Part shown: positions 1 through 14,949 of the stretch, in pieces
Layout: each line of letters begins with the position of its first letter
How positions within the stretch are numbered: the first letter of the stretch is position 1
Assembly: GCA_964035545.1 (NCBI GenBank)
Contig: OZ037771.1
Location: forward strand, 8,363,408-8,427,407
From: Bugula neritina
Lineage: Eukaryota; Animalia; Bryozoa
Direction of reading: 5' to 3'
Length of the DNA: 64,000 nt
Made by a program: the position numbers and the translations under genes
Notes under the pieces: generated by a model
What the model was told of the DNA's origin: nothing
The model's database searches: none
What the model saw: only the letters and a program-made list of their open reading frames with translations

Positions 1-1193
1 TAAAATTAATGCTCAAGTTTAGTGGTGAAATTTGAAAGTTTAAGACTGCAAGTCCTGCTTTCATTCTCTTAACAATTGGTTACTAATACTTAACACTTGA
101 TGTAATGTAACTCTTAAAGTTAAACTAATAATAATCATAATTGTTTATGAAACTGGTGTTAGAGTCACAGTGTAAGTAAGAGTTAGAATGAGTCTGAAAT
201 CAAGGGCCGACTAAAAGACTAATCTTATATATAAGTAATAAATTTTAAATCCTATCAAATATTTTTGTTTTCTTTCCCAATTCCAAGTCAATTCCAAAAT
301 TTTACAATGGCAATGAATAATTTAAAATCTTTAATTATTCTCAAAACTATTATTTTAATTCGTTCTCATTGTAAATGCTAATATTGATGTTATATCTGTT
401 GTGGTATTTTAATACTAATAGACATTAAGAATTCTTGATATTAGGCTACTAATGTTAATAACATTGCAATTATAGTTATATATTCACAACTTGACAAATT
501 AATAAAATAATGCTAATACTATGGGTATAGTTTAGAGCATAATTTATTAATAAAGGCTGCTATGTCATAAGAAGACTGTGAAAAAAGTTTTGGCAAAAGG
601 GTTTGAAAAAAAATTAATTGCATGTTAAATATAAATTAACTAAAAACCATTATTGTGATTTTTTTATTGTAGTTCTTATTATTTAGTAGTGCTTATTGTT
701 GGCAGCAGCCAATAATGTCCTCCTACAGATTGGCAAATATTTGGCTATCTGTAGGTGAACATTAATTACTGTTCCCTATGTTGTTATCATTAGTCAACAC
801 TTTTAATCTTGACCCTCCAGCTAACTACCTTCAAGTATACAAAGGTGCAGGGACCATACTATGATATTGTGCTCAGTCAAACCTTAAACACTTGTGCTCT
901 ATTACGGTAACACTGAATGCATCTTCATGTTTTCACCTAAAACCAACAGTTGTGAGAACTAAAATTATTACAATGACAACATAAGCATCTTTTTTACTGT
1001 GAGTAATACCAAGTTACCATATTTAATAGGACTTCTACAATAAAATTAATTTAAATATTGTTTAAATTTGAGGACATTGGGTTATTTGATATTGTTAGCG
1101 TGTCCACTTTTTGATAATTTTATGTTTTATATTTTTAATACTATTTTTGTAGACAAAGATTTAATATTCTAGATTTTCTGATATAATTTCTTC

Positions 1194-4100
1194 ATGGATG
1201 GTGGATTGAAGACTACATTTTTACCATCAGAGGTGGCCAGGCTTGTACTGGGTATGCTACTCATTTTATAAAGATGTATCTTAGTGTGAGGCTGGTCTAT
1301 ATGATAGAATGGTATAAAACTGGTAGAAGTCTGTAGTGTGCTGGTTTAAAATTATCATTATATTATTAGATAAATCTCGCTCACTAGTGTCACAACAGAG
1401 TAGAAGAATTGTAGTGGTACATTGTATAGCTGTAGTGATCTGATGTAGAGCTGTAGTGATGTTATGTAGAACTGGGGTGTAATAAAAGAGTGTAGGTATG
1501 TATTTCGTTACATTCTTATATCACAGTAACTCACGTCTAGGGTATCTGAAGGAACAGCTGTGCACCAAAGCTGCGGAGTCGTTCCTCCGAGACTGCATTC
1601 ATTTGGCAGAGTACCGAAGCATGTTGGCTCAAGGGTTTTCCGCCCCTCTCACTATTGGTGGCAATGGCTTGGTTGAAATGCTCTGCCACTGTGACATCTA
1701 TTCATGTAAGTGTGATTTGTTCCTGCTTTTCTACAGAGCACAGGTTTACTCCTGCATGCAATTTCTTTTCTATGAAACCAGTTGGAATGTCTATTTCCTT
1801 TTTAAAAATATTTAGGTGATCCATTCAACTGAACATTTCATATGTTCTGTATAATATTATTTTCTGCAAGTTTTAAAAGGAGTACAATTAATAGTGATTT
1901 GCTAGAAATCTTAAACTTCAATTGGTATTTTGAGAAAAAACTTTAGTTAGATTAGCTATTCTGTAATTTAGAATTAATATTACCTTCAAAAAGTCTAGCC
2001 GTAGGTTAAGTAACATAAGGCATTAGGGAAATAGTTGAATATAATTTTCATCTCTAGCTTCAATCACTAATAAACCAAAGAATAAGGAGGTGGCTGACTT
2101 ATGGACAAAGTTGGAGCAAATTCTGTCACAATTAAAGAGTTTCTCGGCGTCTGTGCTGCCGTCTACTAGTGGTCAGCAGCAGAGTGAGATTAGCAGACGT
2201 AAACTACCCAACACTAAGGCCATGCGAATACTCCAAACCGGTAAATGCTAAATTCACTTCTCATCATCAATGTTTTAAACTGTAGTGTTTTGAATTTTTG
2301 AAATGACATTTTCACTGTTACTTGTTAGGGTTGGTGCAGCAAGCTCCCGATCTTCCTACCAGAGATGAGTCTGGACCACAGTCTAAGCAGGTTTCTGCAG
2401 CAGAACTTGAGGGTTCTGTTGAGGCTGAGACTGAACCTAAATCTAAAGCCAGAGGCGGATCTCGTAAAAAGAAGCAAGTGAGGTGGAGCTCATCAACTGA
2501 CAGCAGAACTATCTCAGACTCTTCTCTTTCCACGCCGTCGGCTGCTGCTGCGTCAGCGTTGTTGGCCATTTCAAACTCATCCTCTGCTGCTCTATCGGGA
2601 GTCTCAGATGTCTCGTATTCTGATATCGAGGTCACTGATCTCAAGGTATTCTGTTATATTACTATTCATAGTAGATATTATATACTGTATTCTGTCATAT
2701 TACTAGTCATAGTAGATATTATATACTGTATTCTGTTATATTACTATTCATAGTAGATATGATATACTGTATTCTGTCATATTACTAGCCATAGTAGATA
2801 TGATATACTGTATTCTGTCATATTACTAGTCATAGTAGATATGATATACTGTATTCTGTCATATTACTATTCATAGTAGATATAATTTACTGTATTCTGT
2901 CATATTACTAGTCATAGTAGATATAATATACTGTATTCTGTCATATTACTAGTCATAGTAGATATTATATACTGTATTCTGTGATATTACTAGTCATAGT
3001 AGATATAATATACTGTATTCTGTCATATTACTAGTCATAGTAGATATGATATACTGTATTCTGTCATAGACATCATTATAGACATACTTTTATATTGTTT
3101 ATTGCTATGCTATGGCTTTTAAGCTCTCAATAGATTACTCTAAAATACCCTAGTTTATTAAGGAGATAATAATCTAAGATTTTTTTATTTTAAAATTAAA
3201 ATGCTCCTTTTTAATTGAATAATTTCTCTAACTTAGTGGATTGTTCTTGATAATACAGTAAAATATTGTAAACTATGGAGTGATTTTAACTTCTATAAAC
3301 CTGCTTGATCCTCATAAAGTTTTAAGGAATCTCTATATTGATTTATGGGAGTTGTTATTCATATGTTCTCTTTTTAGGACCCGAAAATAGCGCCAATTCT
3401 AAAGTCCCCATTGAAAGGTATTTTCCAGTATATTTAGATATATTCAGGTTTTTAACATATGTATGTATGAGTGTGTGTATGTATGAGTGTGTGTATGTAT
3501 GAGTGTGTGCAAGCCTGCTGTGGCTGTGACCGGACTACATTCCTCATTATTTCCAATGTGGTTAAATTGGAAAATTAGACTATACTTGTAAGGTATAAGT
3601 CACTGTTTTGTATTTCTGCTCTGTAAATCGTGCTGTTTGAAGACAAATAGTAAGATATGGTCTGCATGCTATTCTTACCTATTCACTGCAGGGTTCTTAT
3701 TGTTAACACTGTGGTAACAGTTGTCCGAATGTGCCATTGTCTTGACAATCATAACTCTACTTGAATTTATATTTCATTATGATGTAACTTCCTCCTGGAG
3801 GTCGACCAGCCAATCATGTGATATATCTGGTCTGTGTGTGTGTGTGCGGAGGCTTGTGATTGGTTAAACAAACCTGTATATTGTTGTTATGTTGAAGGGA
3901 ATTGTAGCACTTTAACTAGCAGAAAGCTTTTCACTGAACAATCTAAGCATTCCGAGCTCCACCCTGTTACTACAGCCACATTACCTACAGCTCCCTTATT
4001 ATCTACAGCCCCCTTGCCAAAGGCTGTTGATCTGTATATACCCAGCTCTACTTCTACTACACTCAATGTAAGTTGTTCATATGCATCAGACGTTATAGCA

Positions 4101-5488
4101 AAACTTGAAAATATGATATTTTTTCTTCTAATCTTTGAACATTGCAACAAATTTGAACCAAACTGTTGGACGGGGGTCTATTGATGATTCAAATTTCATT
4201 CAGTTGTTGATATTTATTTGGTGTTGTCTACACTTGCTGCTTTGCTGTTGCCTGTGCTGTAGGCCACCATTGCTTTACCCAGTTAGTTTTGTATGCTTGA
4301 TAATATCAGTCTGACTATTCTGTTGACTTTGATACGCTGTCTTCCACAAGGTGGATGGAGTCGCCTCCTCGGCTCACCAAAACAACATCAGTCCTGGTTT
4401 GTCACAACCAGAAAAGCTTTTGGAGCGATCACCACTCAAAGTCACCAAAAACAGGTGTGTGTCCTCTATTCATTGTATAGTCATGTCACTGGGGCACACG
4501 GGCATGTGTTCAGGTCAGGCTACATTTAAATGTCACGCGAGGGAAAGTCGAGCTATTGAAACCACACTACTAGGCATTAAATGACCGACACTTTGAAACT
4601 GCAAACTGAAATCCTAAACTCACTTTTTTGCTTGAAAAACATGTGCATTTATTCACATCAAAAATGTTTACAGTTCATTTTGTCAACCTATGTTAACAGC
4701 AAGTCTAGTAGAGAAATGTGTCTGCCTGAGTATACATGGTTGCCTAGCTGCTCTTTCTATCAGCGTACTCTGTTCGCACATGTCTATTTAGCCACATGTT
4801 TAAATGTGCAAATTGCATTGTTTTTAAAATGGTAGAAAGCATAAGGTTTTTTTAACGGTGAACAATTTCTACTGCTTATGATTGGAGTCATAAATATTCT
4901 GATAGTAGCTTCCGACATTTTGTTTGTCAAACGTGTTTTTTCATTTCTTTAGGAGAAAAGAACAAGTAGTATGCAATGATATTGATAGAGAAGTTAGCAT
5001 GCTGTTAAATGAGCTTTTTCCCATGGAGGTATGTATGTAATTCATTGTAACACCTCACTTCCTTACTTACTTACTTGTCTACTTACTTACTCACTTACTT
5101 ACTCACTTACTTACTTGCCTACTTACTTACTCACTTACTTACTTACTTACTCACTTACTTACTCACTTACTCACTTACTTACTTACTTACTCACTTACTT
5201 ACTTACTTACTCACTTACTCACTTACTTACTCACTTACTCACTTACTTACTTACTTACTCACTTACTCACTTACTTACCTACTCACTTACCTACTTACTT
5301 ACTTACTCACTTACTTACTCACTTACTTACTCACTTACTCACTTACTCACTTACTTACTCACTTACTCACTTACTTACTCACTTACTTACTCACTTACTC
5401 ACTTACTTACTTACTTACTTACTCACTTACTTACTTACTTACTTACTCACTTACTTACTTACTTACTTACTTACTCACTTACTTACTC

Positions 5489-5519
<31 letters not shown>

Positions 5520-8500
5520 CACTTACTTACTCACTTACTTACTTACTTACTTACTACTAACACTAATTTCTCTAATGAACTTTCTGGGGAATGTGTCCCA
5601 ACTCTTTGTAGAATGTGTCCCAACTCTTTGTAGACTATGGCCCAATTCTTTCTAGATTGTGTCTCAACTCTTTGTAGAATGTGTCCCAACTCTTTGTAGA
5701 CTATGGCCCAATTCTTTCTAGATTGTGTCTCAACTCTTTTTAGAATGTGTCCCAACTATTTGTAGAATGTGTCCCAACTATTTGTAGAATGTGTCCCAAC
5801 TCTTTGTAGAATGTAGTAGAGAAGCTGGTGCACGACGACACGTGGGCACAAGATCTCGCCGATTCTATCAACCAGAGAAAAGATGAGACGGAGCATCTGG
5901 CTGTAGAGAAGATTCCGGAAGTTCTGGATATAACCAAAGCTGACCCAACATTTGATGAGTTTCACCAACTTATAGGTGAGTTGAGTCATGACTCCTATAC
6001 TTCATCTCCTAAACACCTACAGTATTCACAGTGTCCTACCTACAGTGTATTGTGGTGAGTTATACCAGTACTGTGTGTTTAATTGACTCAGTTTTTGTGT
6101 GAGTTGATGCATCCACACTTACCATTTGCCTCGTATTTAATGACTGCAAGTTTAGTCAATTCAAACTGTTGCTATGTTGCGAAAATAAAACTTTTCTTTG
6201 ATTATGACTTCAATATATAGTATCCAACAGCTAGCACCCTAAGACCTAGATAACAGACAGGGCTGTAGAGGATGTTGCCGGTTAGAAGTTTTTCTCTCTC
6301 TGTATGAATTAATTGTATCTAACCTTAGTGTACTTAGAACTTGTTGTAGGTACATCTGGATTACACGTATTAGATAAAGCACACATCCGCAATGATGCAT
6401 ACAATGCAGTATACACATGTAGCCTGTGTGACTGTAGGACTTTTCTTTTGCAGAAACTAAGAATAAAAGGAAAGGAAAGCCTACTAAAAGAGACACACCA
6501 GAGAAGATCACACCTCCAAGTGAGGCTCAACTTTTGAATGCTCCAGAGGATTCTGGGTTCCGTCAGCTGCTAGAAGATCACTCTCAGCTGCCGGCTTCAC
6601 ATGATGCCGTAGAGGTCAAGACTTCTGCCAGGTCGAGGAGGAACATGCAGCCGGTTGTGAAGGGTTTGAAAGCTCGTAACCTGTATGACGGCACGTCAAC
6701 TGATGCCGCAGGTGTGCTGCAGGTAGAGACTCCCCACAAACAGCAGAGACTGGCACAGGGGAAAGGAAAGAGAAAAATATGCTCTCTTACCACCACCACA
6801 CCTAACAAAACTTCCCTGCATCCAGAGAAAATCTCTGTTTCCGGTAAAACTTTAAATTGAATGATTTAAAAATATTAGTTGAGTTGTTGTGTTGCACTCA
6901 ACAATAGCATGTAGAGGTTATGTCACTGGGACCTGGTTTATAAAAAATATGTTTGTTTACATGTATGTAATTTAGTTGATTTATATTTTTAGGTAAAGCT
7001 GAATCCATTTATAACTTTGTGAAAATATTTGCAGATCTTGTACCTGGATCCAAAAACAAAAGTAAGAAAGATGCTAGTTTAACATTTCCATCCATAGCCT
7101 CAGCTTTCTCCCAGTCCACTGCTGCAGAGAATATTGCGGGGGTTACAAACACTGCCCTGTACTCACAGTCTACGCTGCTGATGTCTCAAACTGTGCTGCC
7201 CGTCGCGACACCCGCCTACTACTTTGTAGCCCCCTCTTCCCAACAGACGCCGTATATTGTAACTCAATCTGCTCCGTCCGCTAACCCAGCACTTCTCTCC
7301 AACTCCCTGGTGAATCCCGGACTTGGCCAGCCGACGCCTTCTAAGTCTATGGGTATTGAGGAGACTACAGCTCTTCTCTTCAATGTTCCCTCTGTGCCAC
7401 AAGAAACACACGCTAGCTTAACCAATAGTAACGCACTACACACTGCGTCAACCAATAGTAACACACTACACACTGCGTCAATCAATAGTAACGCACTACA
7501 CACTGCATCAATCAATAGTAACGCACTATACACTTCATCAACCAATAGTTATGCACTACACAATGCGTCAACCAATAGTAACGCACTACACACTGTGCCA
7601 ACCAATAGTAACACTTTACTCACTGCGTCAACCAATAGTAACACTTTACTCACTGCGTCAACCAATAGTAACACATTACACACTGCGTCAACCAATAGTA
7701 GCACTGAACTAAATTCATCAACCAATAGTAACACTCAAGTCACTGTATCAACCAATAGTAGCACTGGACTTACTGATTCATCCAAAGCTGGTGCTTCGCT
7801 TGATAGTTCTGCTACCACAGCTGGTGCACACCAAAAAACTGGCTTAGCCAAGGAATTGTAAGTTACTCAGCATGACTACTTTGTTAAATTTAGATTTTAA
7901 ATGCATTTAATTATTTTCAGTTTAAATGTTACATTTCTGTGTGCCATGTCAAGTCAGTTCTCTTACTTTGTTATTTCTGTCGGCAGGAAAAACAATAATC
8001 AGGAAAATTTCACAAATTTCAAAGGCAAAACACAGCCACTTGCAAAATCTAGTGAAGATAAAAGCAGCATTGTAACAGCTAAATGGTCTCCCTGTGAGTA
8101 TCTCACTCACTCTCTTCCGCTAAACACTAACTTCACTATCACTAGCCTCACTATCACTAGCTTCACTAACACTAACTTCACTAACACTAACTTCACCATC
8201 ACTAACTTCACTATTGCTAACTTCACTATTTCTAGCTTCACTATCACAAACTTCACTAACACTAACTTCACTAACACTAACTTCACTAACACTAACTTCA
8301 CTAACACTAACTTCACTATCACTAGCCTCACTATCACTAGCCTCACTAACAGCAGCTATTTACTGTTTCATTTTTCTTCACCTTTACTTGATTTTACTTT
8401 TTTTTATTCGCTATTGTTACTAATCAGCATTTCTTCTCATTATTTGTACCTTTGTTCTGATTATCCTTTGTATGTTTAAGTTCTGTCTGAGATAGGTAAT

Positions 8501-11275
8501 AGAATTGTGTTTAATGGCTGTGTGTTTTCAGCCCTAGTCAAGCTGGTTGAGAAGGTTTCTCCTGAGAGGCGCCCAGCTTCCAGAAGGACTTCACACATCA
8601 GACATCTCAGGTTTTCCCCAAAGTCCTCTAAAGTCAAAAGGTCACCCTTTAGAGCCACTCCACCGGTGAGTCATTTCCAAATCAGAAATACTATGTCATG
8701 TGTCTTGTTGACACTTTTTACTTTAGTCGTATCAGTTGGTATTAGTTACACTGGTGTTAGTTGTACTGGTGTTCGTAGTATTGTTAATAATTGTATTTGT
8801 GATTCTGTCCAATGCTTTACTCAATGAAATCAATGGTTTGGATTATTAGGAAATTTCTCAATGGTAAGTTATTCAGCTGTGTTGAATGGTCACAGGTGTC
8901 TTTAGACTATGTCCGTGAACGCAGTGTGAAGAAGATGTGTCGAATTAGCCAATGAGTTTTCAAGTTATTCCTTACATTAAAAATATGAGCAGCAATCATA
9001 TTGGTTAAAATATAACTTCACAACCAATAAATGTAACAGTTACATTAACAAGGAAGTCGAGTAATTGTTCAGCAATTAATTAATTTTGTTTGAAAATGTT
9101 AACCAGGTTGTCAGAAGTTCGAAACTGTTTTGTTTGGTAACCTTATCTTTTCCAGCTCGAGAAAATCTCTCAAAAAAACAATTTCAGGAGGCGTCAATAG
9201 GTTTTACATATGTTAGCAAACACACCAAATGCTGAGTTGTATCATTGGAATATTTTGATATGAAGACATCACTATTCAATGTCCACTCAAATAATTCTCT
9301 GCTGCTTACATAATTTCTTTGACACTAATGTTGTTTTCAGCAGCACCTTTAACGCTACTCGTGTATTCTTCTGTAGGCAAAGTCAGCATATGCTCGAAGT
9401 AATCCCAATACACCCAGTCCCGGTCTTTATATAGACTTGCCTTCAACCCCAGGAATAGCCTCTAGTTCTCATTCAGTTCCAGACACGGGTGCTACCGAGT
9501 CCAACACGCAACAACAGTCCCAGGATCCTAGGCTGCCTTTTCAACAGACGTCTGCTTCTCCACATCTCCTCATGTCTGATATCAGTTCTCCACCTTCTGT
9601 GGGTGGTGAGTTTACACTATATAATATAACAATACGTGGTATAACAATACATAATATAACAATACATAATATAACAATACATAATATAACAATACATGGT
9701 ACAACAATACATAGTATAGCAATACATAGTATAGCAATACATAACATAATGCTACATGGTATAACACCAAGCAATGTAGCATCAAGTAATGTAACATAAT
9801 GTGTGTCTGATATTATATTGCAGTTGTAGATGCATACTATAATTAATAATCGGTTAAACCTGCTGATAAAGCAGAAAGTATTATAATATAATTGTAACAG
9901 GCACGAAACATTATTGAGTTTCTATTTTTATTCAATATTTAGTAAATACATATTTCTTGCACTAACTCCGTACTTGTATGGTTTAAATGTGTGGTGCATT
10001 GTCATATGATGATTAATTGTACAATGTCTTGTATGCTCTAAAACACGGTGCTAACTATGTTTATAAAGCTCGGCCTAACAACCTATGTTTTATTATGTTA
10101 ATATTTTCAGGTCCATTATATGCTGCCTCACCAATGGTCACCCCACCTCGCAATGCTGGCACCCCAACTTCTCTGTTACGAGACGCTAGTGGGACCCCCT
10201 CATCACTGCATGCTAAATCTCAGGCTATGCCTGCCCTGAGGCGATCTCCAAGAGGTTTGTTTTTGTTAGCAGAAACTCGCTTTCCTGTCCCCAGAAGTAT
10301 TTCTCCCAGAAATCATGGTTTTGAGAGAGATTCTTGAGTGTCACTGCTTTGTGGTAACATGATCTTAACAGCAGTTGAGTTTCTAGTAACAGCTAATGCT
10401 TGAAACACAACAACGGCTGTGGTAGCAGCCAATTGTGGTCAATGCCATATAATAAGCTGAATTCAATGTACACGAGACAGTATCTCAATGCCATCACCTG
10501 CTTTCCATTTCATGATTTGCTTGGAAAGTGCTGAAGAAATGTTCTTTTACTCAGACTCAAGTGGCTTTCTGGAATTTTCCCAGATTATTTTTCAGACAGT
10601 TTTGCTGATGTCTGTTTTATTGCTTGTTTGAAGACTAAAATTTGAAAACAAACATCACTTAGTATGCTACCATGTAACACTACTACATGGTAACACTACT
10701 ACATGGTAACACTGCTACATGGTAACACTGCTACATGGTAACACTACTACATGGTAACACTACTACATCGTAACACTACTACATCGTGACACTGTTACAT
10801 AGTAACACTACTACATGGTAACACTAATACACAGTAATAGATAGAACTTCCTGTTATACTTTCAGTCGCCAAATCTACTCCCTCTAGCAGAGCTCCTACG
10901 GGTAGAAGAGTTGTTCCTGCAGCCCGGAAGGGAAGTTCTATGTGGACGGGTAGAAGCACTCCGTCCAAGAGAGCCTCTCCTTCCGTGGTGATGGCTGGCT
11001 CAGGTGGCAGCATCACCAGCATTACTGTTGCCGAGGTAACGTATACAATATATACAATGTTGTCAGTTGTTACTAACATGTTTCAAATGTAGTCCAATTG
11101 TATGTGTTTGTTTGAACAGCGTGGATACTTTTTCTAGAGTTTAGAAATGTAATTGAGATGATTCAAACCATTTCCGTCTCTCTCCCCCTCCCCCTCTCTC
11201 TCTGTATATTCAACTCTAAGCCATCTCCAAGTAGCCTATCTGTCTATTTGTATAGTCAACTTTAAACCATATTCA

Positions 11276-11306
<31 letters not shown>

Positions 11307-14300
11307 ATAGTCGACTCCAAAAGGAAAGAACAGCACACCTACTCTGATCTCAAGTCCGGAGTTACGAAGAGCTGTGGGAGCCATTTTAGACCAAGGTTCT
11401 GAGTATTTGATGGGTGCCGTAGAGGGCTGTGACCCTGGTGTTCATTATCAGGAGCTTCCTCCTGTTATGGAAATTGTTGAAGCCAGTGGTCAATCAACAA
11501 ATATTAACACTCAGGGTATTCAAGGTCAAGTTGATGTCGCAGAAGACTCTAAGCTGTCTGCAGATACTGTGGGCGTAGCTGAAGCACTAGTGGAGCTGGC
11601 AGGTGGAGGTAACTTATCCGTGTTCACACCTTAGTCTTTCTTAATGATAGTAAACTTCTCAGTTGAAACTACTGGGTACTAGAAACAGACATAGCCTTTG
11701 TGCAGCTTTACTCTGGCATCCAAACACTTCCTGTTGCTTACTTTTATCTCTCAATTTAGAGGCTCATTCAACAAAATGTCTGTTTTTCAGTAATGATGTT
11801 TTTTGAAATAGAACCCAACTTTTTAAAGTAACGATGAAAGTGTGGAAAACAAAAATTCTTTTGATATTGATATTTTCCTTATAAATTAAGCATTCATTAT
11901 CAATGTTATTGAATAGAACTCCTTATAGGTTGAATGAGTTTATTCAATTACAATGTTGATAAAAAACTTAAATTTTTTTTGATTATCAATTTTCACTGCT
12001 ATGGAAACTTTCCATGATGCAATTCAAAGCAGAGTTGAAAAATATTACAAGTGTAAAGTTCACCAGCACTTTGGTATTCTGGTGCCATATAGATCCTTGC
12101 TGTAGCCACAAGTCTATTTGAATGTTAAAACAGTGAAAGTAGGTGCAGTAATCGAGAAATTGAGAAAAAGCCTGTGTTTTAGAAGAGAGAAATTTATGGT
12201 CTTGCAATATTTTCAACCCTCTTTCTAAAACCAAAATTGTTGATAAATTTACAGAATTTAGGCTATTGAAATGTTTCTGTTGTTGCACCAAAATGGTGGC
12301 CTGCAAAAGAGTAAATACTTTCTTGCAAAACCCTCATTTTTAAAATATTTGAAAGAAAAATTATGGTGAAGTTTCGGCATCATTTATACATTCTCTGCAG
12401 CTTTTCAATTGATTACTACCAAAAAATCTTGTTGGTTGTAATTGGCCAATAAATAAGTTAGCTGGTTACGAGTGCACTGCATGATGCATTGTGTTTGTGC
12501 ATTCTATTTTTATTGCTATTTACTGAAAGAAAAATTTAAAAATCAATTTATTTCAGACAGTTTATCTGTATATATAGATGAATAGTCTTCAGTTGTTAAT
12601 GATTTGTGGTGCAATCGATGAATTTACCAAATTTCAGGCATTTATTGATAAATTCAATAATCAAAGTTAATGTCATTGCTACGCTGCAGCCAATATTCTA
12701 ACACTTGACATGGGGCTCTTCATTTGATTAAAAAGATGTCAAATTAAAGAATATTACATTGGTATTTATATGCGTTATTGACAACATTATTAAACAAATA
12801 GTTACATAAATTTATATTCTACCAAATTCTGGCCTACTAAAACAGGATTGCATTTTATTCCATAGAAGTCCTATTAAACTCAAGCAATTCTTTAAGAAAT
12901 CTCTGACGCATTACATTTATGCAGTATTATCTGATAATCAAGATAGACAAGAGTAATTTAATACTGCTTAAATGTTGTGCATCAGAGAGTCTTTAAAAAA
13001 AATCAAAATAATTTCTCTCAAGCCTAGCATCACCTAATCTCTAAACTCAATCAGCCGATTGGGTATAAACACCCACATTTGATGATGTTATCTGTAATTT
13101 CAAGCATAATATAAAGAAACATAGCTTCGCCTGTTCATGTTTCACTCACTTTTAGCGCATCATATGTTGACAGAATTCTTTTCAAATTTTTTTATTTTCG
13201 GTGATTTTCATATTAACAATGAAAAGTTTGCAAATCTTAATGTCTTCCTACCAAAACACTAATAGATTGCAACCTGTTATTGTTTAGGAGTTGTCTTTTC
13301 TCTGTGTGTAGCTAGGGTGTGGCCTTATTCGGTACAATGCACAAAAAGTGTGCTTCTAAAATTTTTTTTGATTGAGTCAGGAATTAAAATGGGTTATTCA
13401 TATTTGTAGTATTGGGTTATTTAGTTACAAGGTAAAAGAGCTGCATATTAAATTCTATTTATAGATAGTCCAATGAAATGTGCCAATAGTCAGCTGGCGC
13501 CCCTCTCTACTCCCCATAGTATACCTTCAACAGCTGTATCCACCACTGTGACCTCTCCATCTACCTCTACAAACAGTGGCAAAAGGAAAGCCAAATCGAC
13601 TAGCCAGAAAGTTGGTTATTTTTGCTCAATTAATAATGTGCTAATTTAATTCATAACAGTAATACAATATAGCAATGAGCACACAGCAATGGTGAAATTA
13701 TTTGGCCATTGCTGCTGCCGCCGGGAAAAGCATGTTTGTGTAGCAAGATTTCTTCAATTTCATGGAATTGATTTCTTGGAATGTGAAATTATAGCCTATA
13801 ATATGTGTGTACTTGATAATATCTTGTGTATAGTATGGTCTATACGTTTTCAGTATATTCATCATTTAATATCATGTAATTGAGTATTTTTTTGTAATGT
13901 AAGTCTATCATTGCCATTCATATTGCATTACTCAGTCTGTTAATATTAGGAAGTTCAATTGCCTTATTAATAGATGAGAATGAGCCAACTTATAGCCTAA
14001 GATTTATAGAACAAGTGTTACGTTTATACTACGCCATGCAGTCTACCTTCGTGTCTATAGCATTCTTACTATAACCATTCTTTTGTAAGTTATGTGTGTA
14101 TATAGTAGTTATATCAATATGCATTCATGGGGCTCCAAAGTATTTTAAAGTTTCATTCAATATGCATTCAGTGTTATTTGATATGGATTTCAACATAAGC
14201 TATGTTAAGTAGATATTTAGCTACTTGCTGAACACTTTCTAAGATCTTACGCTAATGGGTAGTGCACTATCCCCTCAACTGGTTATTCTACTGCGTGGAA

Positions 14301-14949
14301 CTGGGCTACACTGTGCAAATACTGTATTAGTTATAACTTAGTAGCTAGATGTCACTTGGCAGATTGTTTATAGCACTACATTATCTACAATATTTTATAG
14401 AAAACCCTGCAATGCATGTTGGGTAAAACGCATACTTAAGTGATGCTAATGCATACGCTGCTAGTAAAGTCTCAGAGAAAATCTAACTTCTTTTTACTCA
14501 AACAACACAGGTTCATAATAATGAGAAATGTTATGTTAGAATAGGTTCTAAGTTAAATTGTTTTTTTAGCATGTTATGAGCTGTAGCTATGTTGCTTTGT
14601 TAATTAATATTGTCATTTCAGTCACAGTTGAAACACTTACCTACACAATGTTGTGTTGTTCTTTCTTTCAGAGCAAAAAATTCAAGAAGGACTCCAAATC
14701 TAAAGTGACAGTGGTGGGTGTTTTTATTGCGTGGGCCCATAGCATACAGTTTTGGTAGCATGAATTCTAACAATACACCTTTTGTAACTTGATACTTGAC
14801 TATTCATATATTACTGAAACAGGTTATTCAAATCTTACATCAATGGCGTAGCACTACTCTACTGTTTCACACATACGATATTCTTCTTTCAGAATGAGAA
14901 ACTAAAAAACATGAGTGTCAAGTCACTCCTAGACATGATTCATCAGTAA
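1194..14949 (+). CDS. NPAT: NPAT / Mxc-like histone locus body scaffold protein (multi-exon, about 19 exons)
   Basis: Exon 1194-1251 spliced to 1541 gives MDGGLKTTFLPSEVARLVLGYLKEQLC, matching the NPAT LisH N-terminus (LLPSDVARLVLGYL). Exons ending 5028 and starting 5810 give FPMENVVEKLVHDDTWAQDLADSINQ (cf. NPAT FPRMVIENAREKIL..QEKLAENINK). HIRHLRF at about 8595 resembles NPAT HRRVLCF. Many S/TP-x-K/R CDK sites. Terminal exons 13465-13610, 14672-14704 and 14893-14949 are phase-compatible and give SKKFKKDSKSKNEKLKNMSVKSLLDMIHQ* (cf. NPAT KKIKKKK..GMDVDKFLLSLHY). Confidence 0.85.
2646..3068. repeat. 41-bp minisatellite, about 10 copies, starting at a splice donor
   Basis: Unit gtattctgtcatattactagtcatagtagatattatatact; the first copy begins at the aag|gtattc donor. 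Confidence 0.9.
5055..5557. repeat. (TTAC/TCAC)n tetranucleotide microsatellite
   Basis: About 500 bp of acttacttactcactt; it produces the spurious LTY ORFs 5031-5633 and 5075-5560. Confidence 0.95.
5590..5814. repeat. About 22-bp minisatellite that reiterates the downstream splice acceptor
   Basis: Unit aatgtgtcccaactctttgtag; the last copy supplies tttgtag|aatgta, where the exon starts at 5810. Confidence 0.85.
7410..7775 (+). repeat. Coding 30-bp tandem repeat (TNSNALHTAS, about 12 copies) inside an NPAT exon
   Basis: Unit accaatagtaacgcactacacactgcgtca, in frame within ORF 7019-7861. Confidence 0.85.
8123..8350. repeat. 15-bp intronic minisatellite
   Basis: Unit actaacttcactaac/actaacttcactatc. 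Confidence 0.85.
9620..9795. repeat. 15-bp intronic minisatellite
   Basis: Unit ataacaatacataat, just after the donor at about 9605. Confidence 0.8.
10665..10826. repeat. 15-bp intronic minisatellite
   Basis: Unit ctacatggtaacact(a/g). Confidence 0.85.

Noticed and set aside
5031-5633. 200-aa and 161-aa LTYLLTY ORFs
   Set aside because: Translations of an intronic tetranucleotide microsatellite.
7901-8479. 192-aa ORF with TNFTN repeats
   Set aside because: Largely an intronic 15-bp minisatellite; at most a short internal part could be an NPAT exon.
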